DNA of 64,000 bases from Heteronotia binoei (taxonomy: Eukaryota). The stretch lies in contig NC_083228.1 in NCBI RefSeq assembly GCF_032191835.1, forward strand, positions 30,504,001 through 30,568,000, written 5' to 3'. The position numbers and the translations under genes are program-made. Below are positions 20,949-34,278 of the stretch, piece after piece (the stretch's first letter is position 1; every line of letters begins with the position of its first letter). Below the pieces are notes generated by a model. The model was given only the letters and a program-made list of their open reading frames with translations, was not told the DNA's origin and made no database searches.

Positions 20949-22594
20949 ATCTAAGGGCTAATTCTGACCTTCTCCCCCCCACCCCCACCCCAGTTTACTC
21001 TTGCTAGGAGGAAGCAGCAGCTGACTCCTTCACCTTCCTAAAGCAAACACCTCACTTTCTGACACACCCAAATGGTTTTGTAACCAAATCCAGGTTGCCA
21101 ACCAATCAGAAATAGAAAGCCTGGCCTGCTTGCTGTGATTGGCGACAAAGCGTTTTGCCATAGGTATCACACAGAGTCTCCCTTAGCAACATCTGCAGAT
21201 CAGAGGACTGTTCCAGGCACAAGTGCAGAGCCTCACAAAAAGTTGCCAACCCCGCTGAATCCAAATCCGGTGCCTGATAACCCCAAATCCTATGCGATGT
21301 ATAAAGCAACCAAGGAAACGATATGCACATTCAGATTTTTGAAAAGTACCCTTGACATTCAGATTCAAGCTTAAAAGAAAGAGAAGGTTGCTGAATCAAC
21401 GTGACTACTGCTTGTATTGGTTTTGTGTCTTCTGTAATGGTGATTGGGTGTCAGAACTCTTCTTGAGCATTTTTATTAACTGTTGTGTTGTAAAAGTACT
21501 AATGCTTTGTTATTATGCAGCCTTGGATCGTGTAACAGAAACAAAAGATACTCTCTGTAGCTGCAACTTCAAAATGCACCCGTGAAACTATCGGCAGCTA
21601 TGAATACCATCGAGGTCTGCTGCAGTTAGGGCAGCTGGCTTTTGAAATGGCCCCTGTGGTAATAACAACTCGACCTTACTTGTTGCATAGCTCAAGGGCT
21701 GCATGTGCAGAAATTTGCTATTCTTTGCGGTCATTAAAAGTCCAGAACCCTTGCCAGGTGACTCTCATTCTCTGTTAACTTCTGGCCCAAATTAAGCCAG
21801 GGGTTGCACGTGACCAATCAGTCTAAAATGACAGAAGCAGCCAGGGTCCTGTCAAGCCCGGCATGACCAAAAGGAGTCTCGCTTGGTGCGTAAGCAAAGA
21901 GTTCCTGCCACTTGTCTTTTAACCAGTTGCTGGCAGCCTAACACTCGGATTAGGTGGCCATCCAGTGAATCTGGGCTAGTCCAGGATGTCTTTGCTTTCT
22001 TCATTTGTTTTCTTTAAACTCTGTTGTACTGTTTACATTGCTACTAAATGGTCATTTTTTTGGTAATTTTCTGTAAGCTGCTTTGCATCCCTTTGAGGAG
22101 AAAAGTGGCATAAATATGCCCAAATAAATAAATAAGCCTTGTAATGTGCAGTGGACTGTTGTTCCATTTAATACGGAAGTTGTTTGTTATTTTGTCTGGA
22201 GTGCTCACAATTGATGTATCGCAGCAGTTTTTGCATGTCCTTGCATTACTTTCCCATTGCAGTCCCCTTAACTACCTTAACTACCTGAGCCCCCCTTCAA
22301 AAAAAACAAAACAAAACACACCTTTACAGAGAGATCAGTTTGATTCAAGGCCAGAAGCACCTTAGAGATCAACAAGATTTGGGGGGCATGAGCTTTCGAG
22401 AGTCAAAGCTCCCTAAGGTGGTACTGGATTCAAATCTAGCTGTTCTGCTTTAGACCCACCTGACTGTCCTCCGAAACTATTTACAGAGAGATGCCTGCCT
22501 TGGTCAATTTGACCCAGTTTGGGTGAGTGGGTAAGGGCTGCAGCCTCTCTCCGGTATTCAGCCTTGTCCATCTTGGTTGCTTGACTCCACAAGC

Positions 22595-23672
22595 TAGGGT
22601 TGCCACACAGTGTTCCCTCTAAGCTGAGTTAGTGTTTTCTAGTTCAGAGTTTTTTAGCCGCTGCCTCACACATTTTTGTCTTAGTTCAGGAAAGCAACCT
22701 AATTTATGCTGTAGCTCACAAGTTTAATGCCAGTAGCTCACAAAGTAGAATTTTTGCTCACAAGACTCCACAGCTTAGAGGGACTATTGTGGAAAATACC
22801 TGGAGACTTTGGGGGTGGGTCCAGGAGAGGGTGGGGTTTGGCGAGGCGAAGAGCCTCAGCATAACACAACACCATGAGGAAGGGAGTTGCCATTTTCTCC
22901 AGGGGAGCTAATCTCTGCCAGCTGGAGATAGGCTTGCCAATCCTCAGGTCCCAGCAGGGGTTCTTTCACTTCCCCAGACTCATTCCCGCCCCCAGTCAGC
23001 TGGCCGGTGGGGGGAAGCCCTGCCCCCAGAGGACCATGTGCCTTTGCACCTCTGGAGGCTTCAGTCTCCGATTGAAAGGTTTCCTCTTGGGATGGTGTGT
23101 CTGTGTTGCTGTGAAGAAGTTGGCAGCAACTCGTGAGTAGAGAGGCCAATCCCCCTTCAGAGTCGTCAGAAACAGGGGGGCGGATGGGGTGGAGGGAAAG
23201 GTCTGCTGAGCACTTCATTATTCCCTATGTGGAGATCAATTCTCATAGGGTATAATAGGGAATTGATCTGGAGGTTTTGGGGGATCTGGGGGAGCTGTTT
23301 TTTGAGGTAAAGGCACCAAATTTTCAGTATATTATCTAGTGCCTCTCCCCAAAGTACTCCCCAAGTTTCAAAACGATTGGACCGGGGAGTCCAATTCTAT
23401 GAGCCCCAAAAGAAGGTGCCCCTATTTTTCATTATTTCCTATGAAAGGAAGACATTTAAAAAGGTGTGCTGTCCCTTTAAATGTGATGGCCAGAACTCTC
23501 TTGGAGTTCAATTATGCTTGTCACACCCTTGTTCCTGGCTCCACCCCCAATGTCTCCTGGCTCCACCCCCAAAGTCCCCAGATATTTCTTGAATTGGACT
23601 TGGCAACCCTGGCTGGAGATCAGTTGTAAAAGTGGAAGATCTCCAGGCCCCACCTGGAGGCTGGCAATCCTA
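22595..23672. mobile_element. Compound hAT nest: short outer TAGGGTTGCCA MITE containing a CAGTGTTCCCTCT MITE (22608-22789) and a long TAGGGTTGCCA element (22929-23611)
   Basis: Inner element has perfect TSD gctggaga (22921-22928, 23612-23619); outer TSD ccacaagc/ctacaaac. Confidence 0.82.
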
Positions 23673-24042
23673 CTACAAACTGAGCAGGGAGGTTTTCACG
23701 CTGAGGATTTGCTCCCTTTTAGTCACCTGACTCCTGTAGTTCCCCCACTACCCATTTTCATAATGTCACTGTGTGCTCAAATCATGAACAGCCTGCTGGT
23801 CTTTATGCAAACAAACATTTGTTTAAAACCTGTTGTTTTGGGGGTTTTTAAGTCTCCTTGTAGGATATTATAGGCATGATCTTTTTTATTGCATCTGAAA
23901 TGGACCTCCATATCTTCCAGGCGTGCGTAGGCCTGATTTGGATCAGTCTACAGTGTGGAAAGGGGGGACTAAACCCCCCCCCCCATTTTCGTAAGTCAAA
24001 ATAATTCCAGGGGCACCTTCTTCCATAGGATAAAATTTACAT

Positions 24043-24333
24043 CAGGGATCCCCAACCTTTTGGAACCCGTGGGCCCCTTTCGAATACTGATATGGGTGCA
24101 GCTACAAAATGGCTGCTTCAAGAGATGGCGGTAGCCACAAAATGGCTATCACAGTTTACCTTCAGTCAAACAGCAAATATCCTTGTGCTGTGGTAGCAAC
24201 TGCTGCTAAAGCAATGTTTTTTAAAAGTCAAATCTCCAACAACCAATCAGAGAGCTTGTTAGGAAAAGCCCCGCCCAGGCTTGCCTACATTCTAAAAATA
24301 TTTAGTAGGCAGGCACCATGCTGAGGAACCCTG
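24043..24333. mobile_element. hAT MITE (CAGGGATCCCCAACC-type TIR)
   Basis: cagggatccccaacc...gaggaaccctg; TSD atttacat/gtctacat; related reverse copy at about 57800-58128. Confidence 0.65.
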
Positions 24334-26624
24334 GTCTACATGTACCTCACTGGTACACATGGAGCCCTTAACAGGGCAAACCACACCCGGGGGAGGGGGA
24401 TTTCAAGTCAGGAAAATGGAAGGGTAGGAGGCATAAACACCTCCTCCCCATGCATTGCAGCCCCAATCTGAAATAGGATCATGTGAACCTGGAAGACACA
24501 GATTCCCAGAACAGCCTGGGGAAAAAATGTAACAGGTCCATAGTTTCTTTTATGTTAAATTTCAAACTCCTGGGGTAAGCCTTCTTGATTTTATAACAAA
24601 TAGGATGTTCAGGCTGCATAATGGAAAAAGTCTGAAAAAAAATAGCCTCATATGATGCCTCTGCAAATCCAATTTCCTGTAAGAAATGTAAGGGAAACCT
24701 TATCAGTCTGGACACTGCCTCAGCTAGGCATAGGTGTTCTCCAACTGTGGTTGCAGCTTGATGGAGAAATTACAAACTTCATCTGGGGTTCAAAGAAGGG
24801 GTCCATCCAATACAAAACGACTGGAATAGAAACTCTTTATTGATCGATCATGATCAAGGAAAGCATATGTTCCTAAGAAAGTTCAAGATGCTGACACAAC
24901 TTTACAGGCAAGAGCATATGCATATATAGGTAAAGTAAACAGGTGTGAGTATGTTGTAGAAATAGTTACCAGGTCCCCCCATGGCCACTGGAAGGGGATG
25001 GCAGGAAGGGCTGCCAGATCCAGATGGGGAAACACCTGGAGATTTGCAGATGGAGCCTGGGGAGGACAGGGACCTCAGTGGGGCACAATGCCATAGAGTT
25101 CCCCCTCCAAAGCATCGATTTCCTCCAGGGGAAGGAATCTATGTTATCTGGAGATGATCTACAATTCCAGGGGATCCCCAGGTCCCACCTGGAGGCTGGC
25201 ATCCTTATCAGAAGAACTTATTATCACACTGTATTTCTACTTACATCACCCATGGTTTACCACTACACTAACATATACAAAATTCTTTATACTGATTCAT
25301 GGATGTAACAGGAAATGTTCTGTTCTTTGGACATTTCACACCACATCTGAGTTTAACAGCATTAAGCCAGCTGGTCCAACAAGAGATTGCTGTTAACTAA
25401 CACATTTCCATCTCCCAAAGAAGCCTTCCCATTTTCTTTCAGGCTATCTGAAGCTGTGTGATCACTTTCTTCAAGTTTAACAGCCCATAAACCCTACACC
25501 AAGAAAATATTTAAGAATTACAACAGCAAAGAAGCATTTTGCCACATCACCCCATACAGGCTTTACAAAAGTCATTCAGAAACAATCTTAATTTATGGGT
25601 ATCAGAAGTGGATGGATATTTTGACGATTTCGCAAGAAATGTCTCCCTGTTTGGTACAAAGAAAACATAATATAGCAAATCAATCATGGAAACATTCTGA
25701 AAGAATCCCCAAAAAGATGCTCCCTTCATTTGTGCTTTAGGTAGCATATTGCAGACTGTGAGCATATGTGACTGTCTTCATTTAGGAATCCTCAGCATTT
25801 CATGATAGGATGGGAATCCAAATTAGGCCCAGTATTGGATTCTCAGATGGAGCAGAGAATATTCTCACCTGACATCATGAATTAATAAAGCTGTGTAGTC
25901 AGTAGACACACATGGGAGCCAGAGGGTTCCCTCTGAAAGCTGTTAAGGAAGATCTGACAGAAATGACAGGGGAGCGGACCAGGGACCTTTATTCAGTTTA
26001 ACCTAGGGCTAGAAGGAACTTGAGTTATTCTTTCACTGAGGATGCTGCACAGTAAATCAGACTTCACTGTAACAAATGCAAAGGAAGGCCTACATCTCTC
26101 TTCCCAAGCAGTCTGCCGACTACAACAGATGCAGACCATGAGGTGACGCCTCTGGCCATCTCTGAAAAAGCCCAGGGTGTGTTCAGTTCTGTAGGTGTGT
26201 TGTGTGTGCAAGCCACAGTGTGACAGATTATACGCCATGAATGTGCAAAAATGATCCTTTAAAGGCAAGAAAGAATTGCAGGAATGTAAAACAGTATTAA
26301 ATGAAGCACTTGTGCTTGATTTTCAGAGCCAGAAGTCTGGCCTTAAACCAGTCCTTTAGGCTCCGGGATAGCAGTTCTTCTGAATGGCTGAATATCCTAT
26401 GTACATTATGCCAAGTAGGTAGAGATATTTTTTGCTTATTTTACATAATTTATTCGCTTGCAGACATGGAGAAATGTACTAGGCTGTTGGGTCACTGGAT
26501 GGAGGCTCTCTGGGTGACAGTCACTTCTTAGACAAATTACTAAAGACCAGGTCTACAAAAGGCTATTAGACATGAATGATAACTAAATAAAACCTCCATG
26601 TTCAGGGGCAGTAAGTATGTCTTT

Positions 26625-26793
26625 GACCACGGCCAGCAGCTGGAATCTTTAATTCTGGTTTAGCCCTGCCCCCAAGCTGACATTCTACACTAAAATCATA
26701 GAATCATAAGAGTTGGTTTCTATGATTCTAGTGTAGAATGTCAGTTTGGAGACAGGGCTAAACTAGGATTAAAGGCCTAGTGTGAAACTGGTC
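26625..26793. repeat. Palindromic MITE-like hairpin
   Basis: Arms 26647-26703 and 26718-26774 are near-perfect reverse complements; outer gacca/tggtc. Confidence 0.65.
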
Positions 26794-27609
26794 AGGGAAA
26801 GTGCATCTCAAATATACACATCTAGTGATTCAGCACTAGTTACAGAGCTGCTTCTGCTCTCATTCAGCAGGGCTTACGGGCCCCCTTCCAGCACGCCACT
26901 CACCCCTGCATCTGCAGCAAAGGCCGGCAAAGCACAGAAGCCTCCCCAGGGATGAAGAACAGCAGGGACCAGCCTCCGGGCCGGGAGAAGACTCACGCCG
27001 GGTCAAGAAGAACAGGGGAACCTAGGGGACAGGGAGTTTTGTCTGCAGACCACATTTCCGGCTTGTTTGTGAAGTTTTTGCTAAAGAGGGGCTGCAACAT
27101 TTACAGCTGCCGACGAAACACAAGGAGAATCCAGGACTTTTATTAGTGAGACGGCAAAAGCCCGGCCCTTTATTCACTTCACCGCCCCGCCCCCCAATAG
27201 TTCGTGCTCAGCCTCTTTCCAATCCAGATCTTCTTATAGGATTTGGAGTGGGGGGGAGTTAATTGCTGGGCACAACTGGGCTCCGACACTAGAAAAGGCA
27301 AAATCAATTGTCGGGTTTCATTATCTTCCCATTGCAGTTAAGGAAGGAGGAGAGACGAAAGCTGGGCAGAATTATAGGGCGATTTTGTTACGTTCATATT
27401 TGGAGTACCCACTTTTTTATTACCCTGTTCTTCCTCCAAAGAGCTCAGGGCAGTGTACGTACATCAAGACAGACATAAATTAAGTACGCAATTAAAACAG
27501 TAAAACGAAACAAATATTAGCCTAATTAGCTGTCCTTCGGAAAGGCAAATATTAACCGCAACACCAGAAGAAACTCTGCATGTATGGAGTGGGAACCCCC
27601 ATTTCAATG

Positions 27610-27727
27610 TATGTGAGGTAGTGTGCGTGCACACGAAAACTTTACACCTTGAATAAAACTTTGATCATCTTAAAGGTGCCACTAGACCCGAACTTTACTC
27701 TGCTGCTTCAGACCAAGCTGTCTACCC
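27610..27727 (+). mobile_element. Penelope-like terminal remnant abutting the PPA1 promoter
   Basis: gtgtgcgtgcacacgaaaac...gaataaaactttg...tcttaaaggtgccact...gcttcagacc, same family as 16759 and 46270. Confidence 0.6.
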
Positions 27728-27729
27728 TT

Positions 27730-28280
27730 CCCTTTTCTAGCAAAGCTGGCTCGCCAAGGAGTCTGCGCAGTGCTGCCCAGCCAGCGAAGCCGCCGGGGAG
27801 CTGGGGATGACGGAGTCCGAGAGTGTGCGCCTGCGCAGCGTGGCGACAGGCGGGAGGGCGGCCGTCCAATAAACGGGCGCCGCCGGGAAGCGCCTGGCCT
27901 CTTTTCATTCTCAACTTCTCTCGGCGCCGGCATCATGGCCAGCTACGGCTCGGAGGAACGTGGCTGCCCGAATAGTCTGGAGTACAGGCTCTTCTTCAGT
28001 GAGTCCCCGCGGGGAAGCGTCGCTGGGGTGTCTGCTGCGGCGTGGAAGGGAAAGCGCGGGGAGTGGCTGCTTCTCCTGGGGCAGAGCCGCCCGCAGGCAG
28101 GTTCAGCGGGGCTCCCAGTCCTCGCTTCACGCCGAAGCTGGGCTCGGGAGCCTTCTAAGAAATGCCCCTTTGGGGGGATGCCTGCCTAGAGGGGCGGCTG
28201 AGAGGCGTGCCCGGGAGCAGGGCGCTAGGAATCCCGCCTCTGCCATGCTGCCTCGGCTCCCTCGTCCTCTGCAGTAGGGA
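27730..28280 (+). promoter_or_regulatory. PPA1 CpG-island promoter / first exon
   Basis: Abrupt CpG-rich GC-rich stretch around the ATG; NRF1-type TGCGCCTGCGCA at 27826-27837, CCAAT at 27866-27870, GC-box-like GGGCGG. Confidence 0.85.
27935..27998 (+). CDS. PPA1: Inorganic pyrophosphatase 1, coding exon 1
   Basis: catcATGGCC...TTCTTCA|gtgagt; MASYGSEERGCPNSLEYRLFF. Confidence 0.93.
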
Positions 28281-30964
28281 GGGGGAAGGTGTAGTCAACT
28301 AGTAAAGAAATGCTGACTTGCTTTACCTTTTTAAAATTTGAAGCTTGCTTTCTTAGATTCAGGATGTTTAATGGGCTGCAGCAAGATAATTGTGTGTATG
28401 AATTGCAGTAGCGTTCTGTAAAGTGTAAAAAAGGCACCTCGGAGGCTGACAGAATTTTAGCCCAGTGGACGAGAGCTGGCTGAGGAAGACGACTGCAATA
28501 TGAAGAAGCGGTCTCTTGTCTAAGAAAGCTCATTCTGGGACAACATATTGTTTGCCTTAAGGTGCTGGTAGATTCCTGCAACAAATTAATACAGCTAGCC
28601 CTCTGGAATTATTTATGGATGCTGCTTATTAATATTGCATTTAGTTCAGAGAAATTCCTAGGATGGCTTTGCTGAGATTATAAAAGGATAAAAGGTGCAA
28701 GCACCAAGTTGTTAAGCAAGCACCGACTTATGGTGTGACCTCCCATCATGACATTTTCCTGGCAGACTTTTTTACGGGGTGGTTTGCCGTTGCCTTCCCC
28801 AGTCATCTTCGCTGAGATTATAGAGTACATTTTTTAAAAACTTGACGAGTAATACTGTTGATGTTGGATTTCTATCCCACCCTCCCCGCCGGAGCAGACT
28901 CAGGGCGGCTCATGGTACATAGCAGAATAGCAATAAAAGCATTTACATTAAAAAATTAGATTAAAACAATTTAAAATAATTTGGTGCTAAGGATAGTTCT
29001 TCTGAGCATGTGCACAGAGTGGCTTCCCATGCTCAGATAAACATGCCACGCCCCGTGATGCCATCAGAGAGTTGGCTGCATGTTGGAATATGTAGCTTCC
29101 AGCCAGGCCTCGGATTCAGCAGGAGCACAGCTCCTGAACCTTTCTGAGGGTTCCCCTTTCTCCAACCCACCTTGTCCATTGAATAGTAAGTGCAGCTGCA
29201 TAACAATTCCTGGATGAGCTCCACCACCTGTTTTTCTACAAAACGACCCCTGCTTCCAGCACAAGCTTCAGTTGATCCCTGCATCTTTAAAAATGTAATT
29301 ATTCTGTGGAGCTGCTTAAAAAAACAAGATGCCACATAGTGCCTATTGGGGGAACTAGAGGGAGAGGGGAGGATAGGGAAAGAGCTGATGGCCAGAATCG
29401 CTGAAGGATGTCAGGCTATAGAGCAAGGTAGATGTTCTCCTCTGGGATACCTGGCAAGAAATATTAAATGGGTCCAGCGGTACCATAAAGACTAACACAA
29501 TTGATTTCAGCATAAGTGTTTGTGAGTAAGAACTCACTTTGTCAGATGGATGTAGACATACGTCATGCTGCTGCAGATACACATATATCCAGAGCTTTGT
29601 GCCGCATGCATGTGGGCTTTGTGCATCTGGAAAAGTAAGCTCAGTCTCATGGCCTTATTTATGCTGGCAAAACCTTGTTAGCCTTGATGATATTACCAGG
29701 CTCTCATTTTTGCTGTCGCAAGCTAACACAGCTTCTTTTCTAGTGAGAACGGGAATGAAGACTGTCCTGAAGTCTGCGTGGTGTGGGCTGGCATATTGAA
29801 CCTTTGGGGCTACATATATAAACGCATTTATTTCTATTTCATATTCCCTAATTGCCCTTGTTTATATTTTATTATTCCCTAATCATATTTCATATTCCCT
29901 AATTGACAAGGACCATTATTGCCCTTGACAAATTGCAGTGTAGGTGAAATGTTCTGCCCACGCACACTTCCCCCTGGGATGGCTAAAGAAAAGAGCTGAA
30001 GGGTCACAAAACCATGTTATGTAACCTTGGTTGTATCTTTGAGTGTTATGTCACACAAGAGTTATGTCTGGTTCTGTAGCGTCTTTAAGAAGTGGGATAG
30101 CAGCTGCCCTTGGGGAAGGGATGGGGTTGTGGTGGGTGGTAGAGACCCCTAGGTGGTGGAATGGGTTTGAGGAAATTCCATATCTTGCTTGATGTGACAG
30201 GACTTGGCAAGTGAGTGCCTGGGGAGTGGCTGCCATTCTGCCCTCCCCCCACAGGACAAACAAAGCTGAGTTTAAAGTCTGACTGAGCTGCCAGATTGCC
30301 AGATACAAATGATGAAGGTGGCTGTAAAACTAAAGCCTTCTACAGTATAATCCTTTAAGGCGATTTTCTTTCCTCAGTGGAGATGCCCCACCCCAAACAG
30401 TATCAGTTTTCACTGTGCAGGTAAAAGTGACTTTGTGTAGTAAAGAAAGCATATTGGCCAAAGTTCCCTTAACTGTTCTTGTCTGATCAGAAGAAATGAG
30501 CTGGTTTGTAAACTGGACTGCTTGGATGAAGGACTGCTTCTGGCAGCCTTTCACAATTTCTCTTTCCCCTCTTGGCTCAGTGAGGCGAATTTGTTACTTG
30601 CACCTCTGCCCTGCAAATCAGTATCCCCTTTGGATTTTTGAGAAAGAAGGGGACATTGAATTGTTTTTGCTTTCACATTGAAAGTGAATCCTGGGTTTTC
30701 TTTCCTTGAGTAATTATTCTTGGAAGTCATTCTTATAAACTCACTTGGACAAGTGGACTGGAGTAAAAGGAACATAGCAAACAGCTCTCTTCAGAATGTG
30801 GAGGCAGTTCCTCCTCATATGTGCACATACTTGTGTGTTCTCCTTGTGTCTTATTGAGAGGTGCCACGCACTGAGTTGACATTTTCATCAAGCCACAACG
30901 CCCCAGTCTCTCAGTCTCAATCAGGTCAGACTCCATCACCATATGTTTGTAGTTAAAGAGTTTT

Positions 30965-31110
30965 TGTTCCATTTTACATTGCCTTACACCGCGTATCCGG
31001 GCTGAAATTCATTTGCTGCATTGTTGCCCACTGACCTAATTTAGAGAGAGACAACTGGTAGCTCTTCATAGTTAGCTTTGGCTTTCTCCATCACTCTAAA
31101 TGTGAGTGTC
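30965..31110 (-). mobile_element. CR1 LINE RT remnant
   Basis: Reverse strand reads FRVMEKAKANYEEL...LSKLGQWATMQQMNFS, resembling CR1 RT just after the FADD motif. Confidence 0.5.
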
Positions 31111-32345
31111 GTGAACCATAAAAGTTTCCTTATGGAATGTCTTGGTTCTTCGATAGGTAGCGTCTGAGTATCTGTGACATGCAAGATGTTTTGCAGGATG
31201 GCCATCTTATGCTCATGGGAATTTGTCTTTTAGCATTACAAAGGGTTAATAATTCTGTATTTTCCTTCTGTGACCTCATCCTGGAGAAGATTCTATTATA
31301 ATTTTTTATTAATCATCATCATCTTTCTTGATTTGCTGTTGTTTGTCCAATGGATCCTGCATTAAGTTAAGCAAAAGGAAACAATCCCCAACCTCTTTCT
31401 GCAGGGAAAGTGACAGATTTGAACTGGGTAGGATAACGTCCTGTGAGATCTAGGCTATGCATTCTGCTGAGATGGGCCTAATGCTAACCAGTGACACTTG
31501 CAGTTTTGGAACTTTTATTGTTGGACTCCTGTTTACAACTGATGGAGTGGATATGGAGTTTCTTCTGATGGGAAAATTATTCTTGGAAATGACATATAAT
31601 GAGTGAACTTCACAATTTAAAAATATAATGCCTTTTACCAAATAAGAAATGGGAACTGTTTTTATTTGATAAAATGCAGAGGGTACAAACAAGTCACTTG
31701 AATATTCAGTATACTATGAAATGCATCATGATCAAAGTATCATTTTCAAAAAGCAAAGCAATTCCATCTGATAACATATCCTGACATTGTGTCAACTCCC
31801 TTCCTCCCTCGCTTCTACACTGTGCCAAATATTTTATTTGTTGCTATTTTAAACGCAAAGATTTTGAATTGGCTTTCCAAAACATTGTGCTAGGAAGACT
31901 AACTTTCACTTTCTTTTTGAGACAAGCCAAAGAACTGCATGTTCCAGTAAACACTAAGTGAAAGGAGGAGCAAAACAAATTTACACAAGGATATTTTTCT
32001 TATGAGCAAAGATGAAAGACTGTTATTCACAACAACTTTGAGAAATCAAAAAGATGGTTCTGAGCATTGTAAGTCAGTGTTTTACTTGGCTACAGAATCA
32101 GAGTTAAATATTCCAAATGGCTTTATAGTGAATCAAGCCACTGATCCATCCCAAATGGACAGACAGTTGCTAGAGATACCAGATATAAAGGATGTTTCTG
32201 TCAGGTGCAGCTGATGTCCCATTTCACCTGTTTGTGCCATGTGAGAGTGGTTTTGCATGGTCAAACAAGAAGAGTTATCTTTGAGGTATACAGAATTCCC
32301 TGGTCTGGTGTGATTAGGACCTGTAGAGATCTTAAAAAGAAGACT

Positions 32346-32594
32346 GCAGATTTATACCCCGTCCTTCTCTCTGAATCAGAGACTCAGAGCGACTTACAAT
32401 CTTCTCCCCCCACAACAGACACCATGTGAGGTGGGTGGGGCTGAGAGGGTTCTCACAGCAGCTGCCCTTTCAACAACTCCTGCAATAGCTATAGCTTACC
32501 CATGGCCATTCCAGCAGGTGCAAGTGGAGGAGTGGGGAATCAAACCCGGTTCTCCCAGATAAGAGTCCGCACACTTAACCACTACTCCAAACTG
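32346..32594 (-). mobile_element. Squam3-like tRNA SINE
   Basis: Reverse complement of the 5399-5676 family. Confidence 0.8.
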
Positions 32595-33643
32595 ACCAAA
32601 AAGTCAGTCAGAAACTCAAGAAGAGTACTGGTGTCCCTAAGAGAAGAGGGTTGGTTACTGGGAAGATGGTACTAGCCTTCTGGGCACCAATGGAGTCAAC
32701 AGTTATACAAATAAAGTGCATTAGAATGTTTGGGGAAACACTGGAACAAATATCACTCAATATAAAGATCTAAATAACTGTTAATAATTTAAGAACCTCT
32801 CATTAGCCTGATATATAACCTCAAAAGTCTGTGCTCGTACTAGTTTTACCTCAGTAATTTCAGCCCCTGATTTTAACTGCTATTTCCCCTCAATGTTACA
32901 TAAAAGTTTGTTATTTTTGAATTTTAAAGTGTCACGAGTGCCATTTTCAGGGCTTTTCTGTAAAGGGCATCCCTATCCCTTCCATCAGGTTCCTGGGCTG
33001 AGCAAACAGCCACTATATCTCACTGATACAGGGTGGGAAATCCAAAGTTTCTTCAAGGAAGAAGAAAATAGATTATCAGGGCTGCTCAGTCAGTGAAGGG
33101 ACAATGAAACACAGGGAAAATCTAGCCTTTGTCAGTGTGCATCATAGCTGCAGGAACTGGAGCTGGTTTGTCTGAAAATAATGGTGGTTATGGGAGAGGG
33201 TACTGGAATAAATGGCTCTGAGGCCTGTATGTCTTTACATGTGTATCAAGGGACACTTAAGCTGAATCTGATCTCTGATAGGAATAAGCCTGGTTACAGA
33301 TGGAGGCTAGAACAGATGTCCTTAAGGGGGTGGTCTTAATTTTTACAGTAGTACTGATTCTACATTATATACTGACTAGGGATACCATGTAAGATGGGAA
33401 GGGTGGGGTAGAAATGTTTTTGAAAAAACTGACTACAAAAGGTTTGTATTTCATAAGACATATAATCATTGCAGTAGTTTCATTGGTACAGGGATTCTCT
33501 GATATACTGGTCAAATAGTGCATTGCCATTTCAAAGTGTCTCTGCTTTCTAGCCATGGTACTTGGGTCCTATTTATTACTGTTGCATTGCATAAGTAGAA
33601 CTGAAGAATTGCTCTTAATCATATTTGTTCATTTGTTTTTCAG

Positions 33644-33708
33644 AGGATGATAAAGGAGAATACATCTCTCCATTGCATGATATTCCAATGTATGCAGATG
33701 TTCACAAG
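33644..33708 (+). CDS. PPA1: PPA1 coding exon 2
   Basis: tttcag|AGGAT...CACAAG|gtaata; (K)DDKGEYISPLHDIPMYADVHK. Confidence 0.95.
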
Positions 33709-34278
33709 GTAATAATTCCATTATTACATGTAGAGCAGGGTTTTGGTTTCTCTTGCAGAGTGCATACAGGGGATTTTGTTATTAGATACTAGTTTGTTTT
33801 GGTTTACCTCTAAAGGCTGAATGCTGTTGCTCTTTGTGTTCATAGTGATTATAACTGCCTAGCAGTTAAATCAACTCCCTGTCTCTTAAGTGATGCTGCT
33901 TAAACTAGAGGTGACAAAAATGAATTGCCTGAGCATAGTATGATAAATGAATCATTTACTGCTGGGCTTCTACCTGTTGGTGACTTCTTCAGCCACAGCT
34001 CTACCTTTTGCTCCCTTCGCTGAACAAGCAGTTCCTAGCTCACCCTGCATTTCAATGGGAGGAAATGTGCAACAGTCTGACTTTCTTGCGTTGCTAGATC
34101 TATTGGATGGAAGATGGAGAAACTGGGTGTTTCATGTCCAGTTCTTACGGCTTGTTTCCTCTGCATCTTTCTGTTCTTTCGTAACCTTTCAAATGTTGGC
34201 TGTTTCTTGGCCTCTCAGACTTGGCTTCATGCTTTTGGGCCTAGTCAAGTTTCTCAGTGCTCCTCTCTGGGAAGTTAT

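Noticed and set aside
27682-28277. ORFs of 68-139 aa over the PPA1 CpG island
   Set aside because: Only 27935-27998 is PPA1 coding; the rest is GC-rich UTR or intron read-through
33644-33708. PPA1 SPLHDIP instead of the usual SPFHDIP, and a 65-nt rather than 59-nt exon
   Set aside because: Conservative change at a non-catalytic position; from recall, the two extra codons also occur in bird PPA1
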